This document shows, in pieces, positions 19,732 through 29,562 of a stretch of DNA of 64,000 nucleotides (the stretch's first letter is position 1; each line of letters begins with the position of its first letter). The notes beneath the pieces were generated by a model. The model was not told where the DNA came from, searched no databases, and saw only the letters and a list, made by a program, of their open reading frames with translations. Source of the stretch: a virus. Taxonomy: Duplodnaviria > Caudoviricetes. Position numbers and translations under genes: made by a program. The stretch lies in the IMG/VR virus record IMGVR_UViG_3300044682_000021, positions 96 to 64,095 of that record. One strand, written 5' to 3'.

Positions 19732-22700
19732 TGATCGTATCCTGTCAGTCGGATTGCCACGCATACCGGACCGGATGTGTAGCTGCTGCCCATTGTAAAG
19801 GTCATGGTTCCGAGAGTGCTACCGGAAACGTATGGCACGCTCCCAGTCATATAGGGGAGGTATGTCGGCGCGAACGTGGATAAGGGAGTGCAGGTGGTGC
19901 TCAGGAGGCCGTTGACCACGGTCCCGGACACGATCTGGATGAAGCCGACTGTGTGCGGCCCGATGCCGTTGTCGGTGACCGTGATCGAAGCGGTGGACGG
20001 CGGGAACGCGGTTAAGATAAGCGCCTCGCCGGGGGTGGGGTTGGTGAGCGAACTGTTGGTGCAGTTCTGCGCCCCTCCGCCGCCGCTGGTGTACACATGA
20101 CACAGCATAGGATCGTCGATCTGGTATAGGAGTGATCCAAGCGTCGTCTGGCATCCGGGATAGTTTGACGAACTCAATCGCAGGTAGCCTCCAACCGTAG
20201 AACCTTGCGAGCCTATCTCGTAGTCGGAAATGATGGATTCGTTCGAGATTGGATCGGTGCAGCCCGTAAGTGAGTCTGCGATCAGGTTCGTGGGATAGTT
20301 AGCGCCAACAGCGTTCAGATTGGTGAATTTTACTCCAGACGAATTGCCTACGTTAGAGATGCAGAGCAGAGCGCCAGCCGTGTTCATCTGACCTGAGTTC
20401 AGATTATCGACCTGTAAACCTTTTACGCCCGCGCCTGCACCCACGCGGAGGCCACACGCACTTGAGGCGTTCGCCGATTCGACGTGCATGGTTTCGATCA
20501 CCATGCCAGTGCCATCAAGAATGTCCACGATGTTCGTCGGGGCGGTGCCCACGAATCCGCTGTTCACCGTGACTGTGGTATGCGGTCCGATGTAAGCAGG
20601 TCCAGCCTCACCGACCACGCCGGTGCTGATGGCCATGAGCACGGAGTCGGAGGTCGAGGTTTCGTTGCGGTTAATGTAGATATTGCCCGGTCCGGCGAGA
20701 GAATTCTGCGACCCCGGCCCGTTGTTCGTACCTGGCACGAACGACATCGAGACAACGATGGCGCGGCGAGTGGTTGCGGAAGTCCAATTGAGCGCAATGG
20801 CGGCGGCGGTTGACTGAAGAACATACTCCATACCCTGCAACGCCGTCCCGATCACGAGTTGGCACGCGGAGGCCGCGCAGCCGGAGGTCGTCCCTGCGGC
20901 GAAGGTAGCGCCAGAGGTTTCCGCCTCAATCCAGCAGGTGACGAGTTCGTTGTTCTTGGTGGGCGTGATCGAGGGGCACGCTGGCGCGGAGGTTGTGACC
21001 ACCGCGACTGCTACTTGGTCGATGGTGCCAAGCGATATCATGTTCTTCCACTCAGCAGCCTCAGCGGCAAAGTAGGACGCGGTGGCGGCGCTGAAGTTGT
21101 ATTTAATGGACTGTCCCGAGGGAGCGGCGTTGATGTTCTGCGCGTAGCCGCACTGCATCGTATAAAGGCCGTCCGTCTGGAGAGAGCCGGAGACAAGGGA
21201 GTAGGGATTAGAGGCGGTGTCGGTAATGGTAGAGAGGGAGGGCGAGCCAGCGGATGTCTTCCACATACCGCAGGTAGGGACGGTGTCGCCAGCGACCTGC
21301 GCGGAAGGAAGGGGGAGGGCGCAGTTGGTGCAGGCGGTAGATGTGGTCGTGGAGTTCGATTGCAGCGGCGCTCCGATGGCCACTTGCACGAACGCCCCGC
21401 CGAATCCCACACTGACGGAGTGGTTGCCGCAGCCGTGGACCGCATAGAATTGCGGACCCGTGTGTTCTTCTCCCACGAAGTTGGCGAGGCAGATCAGGCC
21501 GGGATTGGATTGCCCGTCAATGGCGAATCCAGACATGATTGCGTCTTGAATGCCGCCGTAGTTGAAGTTGCAGGTTATGCCGTCATCGGTCCAGCCTACG
21601 ACGCAATAGGTGGGAGTGGTCGCACTTGTAGGGAAGAACACGCCATTGCAATTAAGGTTGCCTGAGATGCAGACTTGGAAGTCCGTCGAGTCGATCCCCA
21701 TGCCCCGCATATCCGTGCGGGCCTGCATAAACACGAGGTTCGGGCCTTGTACGTTGATCGTCCCTTGCGGCAGGAGGATCGGTGGTCCTGTGTAGCCGGA
21801 CACGTAGTCCGACGTGCCCCATTTGATCGCCGCGCCTTGAATGTTGAATGACCGTGCGTCCAGTTGGACGCCGTCGTTGAAGTGGAGTATCTTACATGCC
21901 GCGATGGCTGCACCGAGGTCCGTACTGCCGCAGGCTGTATAGACATCGACCCAGGCTGTAACCGAGGTCGCGCCGGGGTTTGCTGTGGTCCCAAGTGCGC
22001 CTACGAATGGCTCGCCCGCGTCCAAAGCGGATGGATTGGTCTGGTATATAAGGTCGGCAGGCTGTGTCATCGAGCCGCCAATGCACTCTTGCAGGTAGTG
22101 GTCGAGTCCAACGCCGAAGTTGGTGAATCCCACAGAGGGACAGCTCAAGGTGGCGTTCGGCGAGTTAAGGATTTGGTACGCCCCGGCGACGGTGAGTTGC
22201 CCAGTGATGTTGATGTTGGTGGCGGTCAGGTTGACGCAGGTGAGAGTGGAGATGCCGTCGTAAGAGCAAACGCCTGCGACCGAGCCCGCGGAATTCCACA
22301 GAAGTTGGCCGGGAGAGGAGGACCCCGTGCCGCCGGGCGAGCCACAGGCCCATGCGGTTCCATTCCAGATGAGCGCGTTCCCGCTGGAACAGGTCAGGAT
22401 CAGGCCGAGGGTGGTTCCGGTGACCACCAGCCCACCGTTTGCGGTCGCTCCCGTGATGCCGCCGCCACTACCCCCGCCTCCTTGCACCGCCACGTCTACG
22501 AGCGTAACGGTCGTGGTGATGGTGCCGCCTGCCGAGCAGCCGTTGAGCAAGGGAACACAGTAAGTGGTGCCGACGGTCACGATATCGTACTGTGAGGCGG
22601 TCGAGGCCCAGAAGCTGTAGGAGCCGTCGGAGTTGGCGGTGAAGGGATTAGAGAGGGTGCCGCCGGAACCGTTCGAGTAAATCGTGGCGAGAACGTTGGT

Positions 22701-22946
22701 GCCTGTGTTGTAGACGGTCACCGTGCAGAGCGGCATCGACACCTGCGCAGGCCCAGTGGACGCTAACCCTTGGACGACGATGGAGAGGCCGCCCTCCTGA
22801 CACCACAGCGGGGGCGTCTTCGCAGTCTGGGCAGAGAGGGACGCGGCGGCGAGGAGGAGGGCGAGGATGAGGAGGGTCCACCTAAACGAACTCAGTACAG
22901 ATTGCAGCGTGATCTTAGCAGGGGAGGAGAAGAGGTTGTGTGTCAC
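19728..22946 (-). CDS. Tailspike-like protein with signal peptide
   Basis: RWTLLILALLLAAASLSA-Q; then CTVTVYNTGT..LATIY..LSNPFTA..G.YSF anchor-like domain; beta-helix entry TDLGAAIAAC..ILLPQG. Confidence 0.7.
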   Translation of the reverse strand: MTHNLFSSPAKITLQSVLSSFRWTLLILALLLAAASLSAQTAKTPPLWCQEGGLSIVVQGLASTGPAQVSMPLCTVTVYNTGTNVLATIYSNGSGGTLSNPFTANSDGSYSFWASTASQYDIVTVGTTYCVPLLNGCSAGGTITTTVTLVDVAVQGGGGSGGGITGATANGGLVVTGTTLGLILTCSSGNALIWNGTAWACGSPGGTGSSSPGQLLWNSAGSVAGVCSYDGISTLTCVNLTATNINITGQLTVAGAYQILNSPNATLSCPSVGFTNFGVGLDHYLQECIGGSMTQPADLIYQTNPSALDAGEPFVGALGTTANPGATSVTAWVDVYTACGSTDLGAAIAACKILHFNDGVQLDARSFNIQGAAIKWGTSDYVSGYTGPPILLPQGTINVQGPNLVFMQARTDMRGMGIDSTDFQVCISGNLNCNGVFFPTSATTPTYCVVGWTDDGITCNFNYGGIQDAIMSGFAIDGQSNPGLICLANFVGEEHTGPQFYAVHGCGNHSVSVGFGGAFVQVAIGAPLQSNSTTTSTACTNCALPLPSAQVAGDTVPTCGMWKTSAGSPSLSTITDTASNPYSLVSGSLQTDGLYTMQCGYAQNINAAPSGQSIKYNFSAATASYFAAEAAEWKNMISLGTIDQVAVAVVTTSAPACPSITPTKNNELVTCWIEAETSGATFAAGTTSGCAASACQLVIGTALQGMEYVLQSTAAAIALNWTSATTRRAIVVSMSFVPGTNNGPGSQNSLAGPGNIYINRNETSTSDSVLMAISTGVVGEAGPAYIGPHTTVTVNSGFVGTAPTNIVDILDGTGMVIETMHVESANASSACGLRVGAGAGVKGLQVDNLNSGQMNTAGALLCISNVGNSSGVKFTNLNAVGANYPTNLIADSLTGCTDPISNESIISDYEIGSQGSTVGGYLRLSSSNYPGCQTTLGSLLYQIDDPMLCHVYTSGGGGAQNCTNSSLTNPTPGEALILTAFPPSTASITVTDNGIGPHTVGFIQIVSGTVVNGLLSTTCTPLSTFAPTYLPYMTGSVPYVSGSTLGTMTFTMGSSYTSGPVCVAIRLTGYDQ

Positions 22947-24790
22947 TTGCAATCCTCCACGAAGGTGTAGGATTGGGAAGCGGTTGGCGTGCCGGTAAAC
23001 GTGATGGTGTCGGTTGTGGCCGTGATGACGTGTGAGGGGTTCGAGAGCGTGCTGAAGGTGCCACCGTCTTGAATCAGTGTGCAGCTTGGAGCTATCAGGA
23101 AGCCGGGAAGCCCGTTCTCCGTTGGAAAAGTGTAGGTCAAGACTGGCGATGCTGAGCCAGTCACGGTAGTTGTGATGGTGAATTGCGAGTGCCGCGCATC
23201 GCCGGTGATGGTCCCTACACTGCTGGTGCCCCAGCCGGAAGTGAGCGCGTAGTTAGCCGCTATGGGAGCGAGTCCGGTGATTGAGCAGGAACCGAATAGG
23301 ACGCCGCCGGAAGAGAAATAATACGTTTCGGTGCCGACTTTTTTGAAGATGTTCCCGCAGTCATCGAAAATGATGCCTTGGTTGTAAATGATTCCCGTAC
23401 TGGCCGTGCCTGTGCCAACCACTTGGGTTTCGATGAGATGTAGAATGTCGGTGCTTGCGTTGGTGAAAACGGCGTGACCGGCGGATGCGTTGGCGTAAAT
23501 TTTCCCGTTGGTAATCTTCATCGTGCCAGCGCCGGTTACGGTGCCGCTTTGCGTGACGCAGCTACCGACGCCGACGATGTTTACGCCGCAACATGCGCCG
23601 TTTGGTAATCCGAATTCGTCACCATCGGAGTTCCAGTTTCCACCGCCAATCACGCAAGCGGTCATCGCGCCCGCCGAGCCGTAGTTGCCGCCAACCGTGA
23701 AGTAGTCGTTCGGATTGGAAGCGTTGTTAACTTCAAGCGCCGTGCCGCCGTTGTCGTACGCGACGGGAAAATATTCTACTACAGGCCCAAGGCCGCCGCC
23801 GCTACCGATGACGTGACCAACGTAACCGAAGCCGTCTTCCTCCATGTGACGCGTGTCGATTTCGCCGCCGATAATTTCCCACCCTACGCCAAGCGCCGTT
23901 GCGGTTGTTGAAGACGTTCCACTGCCCCACGCCAGAAAGTCGATGTCATGCGCTTTGGAATTGTTGGACGCATCCAGCTCGAATCCGATCTTGCTGTTAA
24001 AGGCCGACCCGACTGCGCTGTTCCCGCCGCCGTGGATCGTGAAACAACAGAAATCCATGCCGTCGCCATTCCCGCCGAAACAAGCCACGCCGCTAATCCC
24101 ACTGTTGCAAGTGGGACCGCTGAAAGATGGCGTTGGTAAAATGTAAGTGGCAGTGATTCCTTGCCCAACCAGCGACGGTCCATGACGCGTGCTGCCAACC
24201 GCCGTCGTGCCGCAAGTTGTACCGCTTCCGATAAACGAAGCGGTGCTTACCAAAATCATAGCGGGGCCAGTATTTTCCGGGTTGAGGCCGGGAAGAATCA
24301 ACGGCACGCAGGCGGTAAGAGCTGCCGTCCACGCCGTTGCTACTTGCGTGCTTTCGTCCGTTCCCCACGACAGCAAACAGGCGTTGGTAGCGCAATTGGC
24401 GGTTACGTTTGCTGATGCGTGAATCTGGGTATTGCTGTCCACCGACAGGATCGTCGTTCCAACCGGCGTGATAAGAGTGGCCCCGGCCATTGCGCCAAAG
24501 CCGGTTGCCGTCAGGTTGGACATGTAGAGAACCTGTCCAGCGGTTGCGTTCGTCGTGAAGTTGCACGTGGCGCACGTAATGACTTCAGTTGGCGCGCCGG
24601 TAACGACGGCCAAGCTGGACTGGTGTCCCTCACCCACCACTCCATAAGCAGTGGCATAAATGCCGTTGCTGGCGCTGCCTCCGCCATTGCTGCTGCTGCC
24701 ACTGCCACCTCCGCTCATATTGGATTGCGCGGTTGCGGCGAGGGGGGATAGGCATAGCAGGATAGCGAGGAAGAGTCGGCGGATCATCAT
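22943..24790 (-). CDS. Beta-helix spike-like protein with signal peptide
   Basis: MMIRRLFLAILLCLSPLAATA-Q; AYGVVGEG and TDESTQVATAW as in pectin-lyase-like spikes; ATGA overlap with the adaptor gene. Confidence 0.7.
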   Translation of the reverse strand: MMIRRLFLAILLCLSPLAATAQSNMSGGGSGSSSNGGGSASNGIYATAYGVVGEGHQSSLAVVTGAPTEVITCATCNFTTNATAGQVLYMSNLTATGFGAMAGATLITPVGTTILSVDSNTQIHASANVTANCATNACLLSWGTDESTQVATAWTAALTACVPLILPGLNPENTGPAMILVSTASFIGSGTTCGTTAVGSTRHGPSLVGQGITATYILPTPSFSGPTCNSGISGVACFGGNGDGMDFCCFTIHGGGNSAVGSAFNSKIGFELDASNNSKAHDIDFLAWGSGTSSTTATALGVGWEIIGGEIDTRHMEEDGFGYVGHVIGSGGGLGPVVEYFPVAYDNGGTALEVNNASNPNDYFTVGGNYGSAGAMTACVIGGGNWNSDGDEFGLPNGACCGVNIVGVGSCVTQSGTVTGAGTMKITNGKIYANASAGHAVFTNASTDILHLIETQVVGTGTASTGIIYNQGIIFDDCGNIFKKVGTETYYFSSGGVLFGSCSITGLAPIAANYALTSGWGTSSVGTITGDARHSQFTITTTVTGSASPVLTYTFPTENGLPGFLIAPSCTLIQDGGTFSTLSNPSHVITATTDTITFTGTPTASQSYTFVEDCK

Positions 24791-25824
24791 GGCAGGCCAC
24801 CTGGATTTGCGGTTCCGCCCAAAGTGTTGTAAAAGGCCCACAGGCTGCTCCCGTCGTCAATTCTATACGACGTGTACCAGTTGTCCACCCGTTCCCGGTC
24901 GGCGCGACGGTAGATGCCCAGCAGGGACTCGTACTCCGCCTTGGCTGCACCCATCAGGTACTTGAAGTCCGGGCCGACGTTGCGCGGCGATGTGCCCTTG
25001 TTCGCCTCCGCCCACTCGTAGGCGTAGACGCGGGCAAGGGCGACGACGCAGTCCTGCCCCACCGCGAACGGCAGGGTGTCGGTCGGGTTGACGAGGTCGG
25101 TGCCTGAGCGGATGCCATAGAGTTGATAGTTGACGTTGTAGGTCGGCGCGCCCCACAGCTCGTGGAGCAGGTCGCCGTAGGAGGCGGAGGCGGGATTCTG
25201 GTCGGTGTCGAATGGCACCACGTCGGTAGGGATGCCGTACCATGTGCGTTGCGGATCGCGCATGTCGAGGTCGCGGCGGGTGTAGCGCTCCGTGTACAGA
25301 GAGCGGAAGTTGGCCATGTCGCGGATCGAGATCCACGACTTCCAGTCCGCGATAGGGACGTTGCGCGTGTTGGCGACGTAGTAGCACTGGTAAATTTGAA
25401 AGGCCGAGCCGCCCACGCCGAGGGAGCCGGGCGTGGAGCCTTCGCCCCACCAGCGGTCGAGGGTAAGCGTGGTAAGGCCCGCGGACGGCGTGTTGACCGC
25501 GTAGCCCCAGATGTTGTAAAGGCCGGAGGAGGCGATGCGGAACTGGCGCTGGGTGATGAGGGAGAAGGGCTGGGTGGGCAGGAGAGTCGCCAGGTTGGCG
25601 GCGTCGGCGGTACCCAGCACCACCGTGTTCGTGCCCTGAGAGACGGTCGCGGAGGAGCCGACGTATTGCGGCGGCGCGATCCACTGGCCGTCGAACAGGA
25701 GGAAGGACCACAGGTTGCGTTCGCGGATGGCGCGCCATGCGCGGTTGATGAGGGTCTTCGAGTAGGCGTAGGGCAGCTTCGGTACCGAGCCGCGGAGTTC
25801 CGCCTGCATGTCCATCAGACTCAC
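24787..25824 (-). CDS. Probable head-tail adaptor
   Basis: LINRAWRAI...WSFL and YGIP/DLVNPTDTLP motifs of podoviral adaptors; follows the capsid genes. Confidence 0.6.
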   Translation of the reverse strand: MSLMDMQAELRGSVPKLPYAYSKTLINRAWRAIRERNLWSFLLFDGQWIAPPQYVGSSATVSQGTNTVVLGTADAANLATLLPTQPFSLITQRQFRIASSGLYNIWGYAVNTPSAGLTTLTLDRWWGEGSTPGSLGVGGSAFQIYQCYYVANTRNVPIADWKSWISIRDMANFRSLYTERYTRRDLDMRDPQRTWYGIPTDVVPFDTDQNPASASYGDLLHELWGAPTYNVNYQLYGIRSGTDLVNPTDTLPFAVGQDCVVALARVYAYEWAEANKGTSPRNVGPDFKYLMGAAKAEYESLLGIYRRADRERVDNWYTSYRIDDGSSLWAFYNTLGGTANPGGLP

Positions 25825-25839
25825 GCCAAGCCTCCCTGT

Positions 25840-25865
25840 AAAAACGGCGCGACCGAAGCCGCGCC
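25840..25865 (-). terminator. Intrinsic terminator after the capsid block
   Basis: GGCGCGGC-TTCG-GTCGCGCC followed by GTTTTT on the minus strand. Confidence 0.8.
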
Positions 25866-25899
25866 AACCTCACCCGTTACACACTCACATTCACACTCA

Positions 25900-26316
25900 T
25901 TAGACCATCGTGGCAAAGAGCCGCAACGTCTCCGCGCTCAGGTTAGTCGCGTTGGTCACCTCGGTCGAGATCGCGCCGAAGGGTGCCGCAGTGGTGAACC
26001 ATTGCAGCACAATCTGCGAAAACGCACTGCCCACAGGATACACGACAGTCGGCGTAGTGGTCGTGTTCCCGGTGAACATTTTGACGAGGTAGTTGCCTGA
26101 GGCCGTGTAGAACTCGGTGAACCCGCCGAACGCTCCGCTTACTTGGTCGATCCCGCCAAAGCCGAGGTCGGAGGCGCGAATGATGTCGCCCGCGTTGGCC
26201 CCGCCCGTGGTGCCGATGTTGTTGTAGGACGCAGGGCCAGTGTGGTCCCACATCATCTGGTACTTCGAGCCCCACGGTTGCGGGTAGCCAAATACTGGTG
26301 TGTTGACGTTCGCCAT
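25900..26316 (-). CDS. Probable minor capsid/decoration protein
   Basis: Position after the MCP; TGPASY and NLSAETLRL motifs. Confidence 0.55.
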   Translation of the reverse strand: MANVNTPVFGYPQPWGSKYQMMWDHTGPASYNNIGTTGGANAGDIIRASDLGFGGIDQVSGAFGGFTEFYTASGNYLVKMFTGNTTTTPTVVYPVGSAFSQIVLQWFTTAAPFGAISTEVTNATNLSAETLRLFATMV

Positions 26317-26319
26317 GAG

Positions 26320-26976
26320 TTAGAGCCTCCCGAAACCGCGCAGCATTGCGACCTTGCTGATCGTGGATGTGGTGACGGTGGCCAGCGATACGCCGATCTG
26401 GGCGCACCATGTAGCCTGCGAGATGACAGGGCCGTTGTCGGCGGTGGAGGGGACGACGGCAGACCCCTTGGCCACCACCATCGAGCCGATGGTCGTCGCG
26501 GTGACGGCCGAGTCGTAGAGCACGGACGCCACGCCTGAAATCTGAATCCACGCGTAGTAGTTTTTCGTCGGCGCGGAGATGAAGATGCCGAAGACGAACG
26601 CGGGGTTGGTGGTCACGGGTTGGGCGTCGCCGTAGGCCACGTACTGCGTGGTGTTCGGCGAGGTGGGCGTGCGGTTGCCCACGTCGGTGGCCTTGAGGAA
26701 CGCAATCTGGCCAACCGCCGGCGCGGTGGTCGTGTACGTCGCTTGGACGTAGCAGTAGATACCGCCGTAGAGCGTGCCGACGGTCGTGTCCGACAGCGCG
26801 TAGGCGGTCAGGTCGTCCACGACGATGCGATCGCCCGGCTGCGTCTGGATGCCCTGCGACGCGGGGACGGCAGAGGGGACGGACTGGATCTGCCCGCCCA
26901 CCGTCTGGTCGTTCACGTCGTTGAGGTAGGCTGCGGTTAGGAAATCCGCCTGCTTGGTGAACATTCCTGAAGCCAT
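26320..26976 (-). CDS. Probable capsid cement/decoration protein
   Basis: Directly after the MCP; YCYVQ and YAWIQISG motifs. Confidence 0.6.
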   Translation of the reverse strand: MASGMFTKQADFLTAAYLNDVNDQTVGGQIQSVPSAVPASQGIQTQPGDRIVVDDLTAYALSDTTVGTLYGGIYCYVQATYTTTAPAVGQIAFLKATDVGNRTPTSPNTTQYVAYGDAQPVTTNPAFVFGIFISAPTKNYYAWIQISGVASVLYDSAVTATTIGSMVVAKGSAVVPSTADNGPVISQATWCAQIGVSLATVTTSTISKVAMLRGFGRL

Positions 26977-26988
26977 GTCAAATCTCCT

Positions 26989-28137
26989 TTAGAAGCCTGC
27001 GCCGTACATCTGGGCGTTGTCGCGTGGTGACACGCAATATACGTTTATTCCAACTTTAAAAAATCCCACGACGTTATCCGGGTTGGTCTGCGACCGCACC
27101 CACGGCGTGAAGTTGAAGTTGTACTCCGGGTCCGTGGTGGGGCGCACCTTCCAGCCCTTGGTGCGGAGCCAGAAGAAGGGCTCGCCTGGGTTGATGGTCG
27201 TCGCCGACGGGAGGTTCGAGATCGCGTTCTGCGTCGCGGTCAGGGTGGCGGAAGTGAACGTCGAAGGCTTGATCGCGGTGGTCTGCGACAGGCCGGACGG
27301 CAGGAGGGTTCCGTACTTGGTCGAGGGGCAGAGCTTGTCCACCATGATAAGCGCGTTCATCACGCGGATGCCCACCATGCCCATGTTTACGTCCTGCTCC
27401 TCGGCGTAGCGCTGCTTTGGCTCCAGGCGTTCGAGGAGGTAGGCGTACAGGGCCTTGTTGCAGATACCGAGGTCCGGCTCTTGGACGCAGTTGAGGTAGG
27501 CTTCGACGAGGGGCTTGTAGGTGATCTGGCCCGTCGCGCCGGTCTGCGTGCCCAGCCATATAGGCACCGAGTTCAACACGTTGCCGATGGCCCCGTTGCG
27601 GTTCTGGCCGCCGTAGTTGGTGAAGACGTTCCCGTCCCACGAGTTGTTGACGCCATCGTTCAGCGCCTCCGAGATGCCGTTGATGTAGATGACGCGGTTC
27701 TGGAGGATGGCGGTAGCGGATGCCTGCCCGTGGCGAAAGATGTCGATACCGAGGTCGGTGTTGAGCGCCTGTACGGCGTTGGTCATGTAGGCGTCGATGA
27801 TCTTCACCTTGGCGGCGGGCCCGGCGTTGATGACGCCCACCTGCCACAGGTTGACCGGGATTTGCTCAACGTACTCCTTGGGCACGAAGCCAGTCGCAGC
27901 GAGGATCTGCACCTGCATCACGTTCAGGTCGGAGCCGGGAGCGATGGCACCGCCGTTGACCCGGTTGTACTGGAACGGCGTCTGCATGATGGTGCCGCCC
28001 GCGTACTCGTCGAGCGCGCCGGAGAGGCGCAACTTTCGCAGCGTAGTTGAATCGACGAAGAATTCGTCATAGACAACGTCTTCCCTCATGTCAGCCAAAG
28101 TCGTGGCGCTCAGCTGGTCAAATACCGGATCTGCCAT
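26989..28137 (-). CDS. Major capsid protein
   Basis: 382 aa after the scaffold; GGTIMQTPF, INGISEAL, YGGQNR and PDLGI motifs; strong RBS. Confidence 0.8.
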   Translation of the reverse strand: MADPVFDQLSATTLADMREDVVYDEFFVDSTTLRKLRLSGALDEYAGGTIMQTPFQYNRVNGGAIAPGSDLNVMQVQILAATGFVPKEYVEQIPVNLWQVGVINAGPAAKVKIIDAYMTNAVQALNTDLGIDIFRHGQASATAILQNRVIYINGISEALNDGVNNSWDGNVFTNYGGQNRNGAIGNVLNSVPIWLGTQTGATGQITYKPLVEAYLNCVQEPDLGICNKALYAYLLERLEPKQRYAEEQDVNMGMVGIRVMNALIMVDKLCPSTKYGTLLPSGLSQTTAIKPSTFTSATLTATQNAISNLPSATTINPGEPFFWLRTKGWKVRPTTDPEYNFNFTPWVRSQTNPDNVVGFFKVGINVYCVSPRDNAQMYGAGF

Positions 28138-28177
28138 TGCGTTTCTCCTGTGCTACGAAATCGTATGGTGCTGCTAC

Positions 28178-29020
28178 TCAGTTCACCAATCCCTGTTCCG
28201 CCAACTTAGCGATCACCTTCTGCTCACGTTGCGACTGGCGTTGCGAGTCCGACACCTGCCACGGCTGCTTGACCGTTCCGGCGGTAAGGTCGGAGGGGAT
28301 GCGGCCCGTGAACGGCGTCCGGCTGATCCCCGGCGTCGCCAGCATCGGGTTCGTCTCGGGATGCTCGGACTTGTACTTGGTGACAGCGTCGGCGGCGATC
28401 TTGGCTTCGTGGGCGGCCTGCGACTTGGCGGCTGCGGCCTCGCGGGCGGCTTGAACGCTGTAGCGCTCCATCCACAACGCCTCGACGCTGACCTTGCGCG
28501 ATACGGCCTCCTTGCGGAGTTCGCGGAAGTTCAGGCGCTTCGAGGGATCGTTGCCGAACAGTTGCGAGTGTTCGTAGGCGATGTCCTGCGCGGTGGCGAT
28601 GGCGTCGCCTTCGTGCTCGGCGACTTCGAGCAGGGTCTTGCGGTCCACGTAGCCGTCGAGGACTTTGGGGTCGAACGCGGGAGTCTCGCCGTCCTTCGGC
28701 TTGGTCGATCCCGGCTCCATGCGTTCGGCGACCTCGATCAGCCCGAGTTCGGCCATCTTGGCGATGCGTGCGGCGGCAGCGGCGGCCTCCACCTTGGCGG
28801 AGTCGCGCTCCTTCAGGTACTCCTGATTCTGCGCCTCGACCTGCGTCTTCCATTCGAGGTTGTCCTTGTACTTCTGCTCGGCCTTGGCGCGGGCGGTAGC
28901 GGCCTCGGCGGTCGCGGCCTCCATCTTCTCATAGGCCTTGCGGGCCACGGGCGTGTCGAGGACTGCGATCTCCGCGTCCGTTGCACCTTGCGACTTCAGG
29001 AACTCGGCGTAGTTGGCCAT
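28178..29020 (-). CDS. Probable scaffolding protein
   Basis: Helical Ala/Glu/Lys-rich ORF immediately upstream of the MCP. Confidence 0.65.
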   Translation of the reverse strand: MANYAEFLKSQGATDAEIAVLDTPVARKAYEKMEAATAEAATARAKAEQKYKDNLEWKTQVEAQNQEYLKERDSAKVEAAAAAARIAKMAELGLIEVAERMEPGSTKPKDGETPAFDPKVLDGYVDRKTLLEVAEHEGDAIATAQDIAYEHSQLFGNDPSKRLNFRELRKEAVSRKVSVEALWMERYSVQAAREAAAAKSQAAHEAKIAADAVTKYKSEHPETNPMLATPGISRTPFTGRIPSDLTAGTVKQPWQVSDSQRQSQREQKVIAKLAEQGLVN

Positions 29021-29032
29021 AGTGATCCTCCT

Positions 29033-29431
29033 TTACGGCGTTACGAGCGGCTGCGGCGGCGCGGGCGGCGTCGGCGCTACTCCGGTTGCGGTCGCAGGCG
29101 GCAGCGGCTTGGCTACAGGCGGTGGGTTGTAGGCCACTACGCCCATTGCCAGTTGGACCTGCTTCGCGGCCTCGTCGATGAACTTGGCAGTCTCGGGGAA
29201 TCGCTTGGCGACGGCACGCAGGCCCGACATGGCGGCGGCGAACGGTGCCACGCCGGTGTGTAGGTCGTCCTGAAGCGCGGCCACGGCCGCAGCGGCCTCA
29301 GCAGCCTTGTCGCGCAGTGCCAGTTCCGCATCCACCGCCTTCTGGTAGGTGGAGTTGGCGACCAGAGGCGCGAGATCGGCGGATGAGGTCGGTGCGACTT
29401 CCGTAATGTAAGATTGCAGTGTCTTCGGCAT
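29033..29431 (-). CDS. Hypothetical head-module protein
   Basis: GGAGG RBS; helical with Pro-rich tail. Confidence 0.6.
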   Translation of the reverse strand: MPKTLQSYITEVAPTSSADLAPLVANSTYQKAVDAELALRDKAAEAAAAVAALQDDLHTGVAPFAAAMSGLRAVAKRFPETAKFIDEAAKQVQLAMGVVAYNPPPVAKPLPPATATGVAPTPPAPPQPLVTP

Positions 29432-29443
29432 GGTGATCCTCCG

Positions 29444-29551
29444 TTAGCGCTTCTTGCCGCCCTTGCGATTTTTCTTCTTCGACGTTTCGACCTTGTGCCG
29501 GAACGCCCCTTGAGCTTCATGGACCATCTTATGCTTCCCTTTGTGTGCCAT
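29444..29551 (-). CDS. Tiny basic peptide (35 aa)
   Basis: Manual: MAHKGKHKMVHEAQGAFRHKVETSKKKNRKGGKKR; AAGGAG RBS. Confidence 0.6.
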   Translation of the reverse strand: MAHKGKHKMVHEAQGAFRHKVETSKKKNRKGGKKR

Positions 29552-29562
29552 CGCTGACTCCT

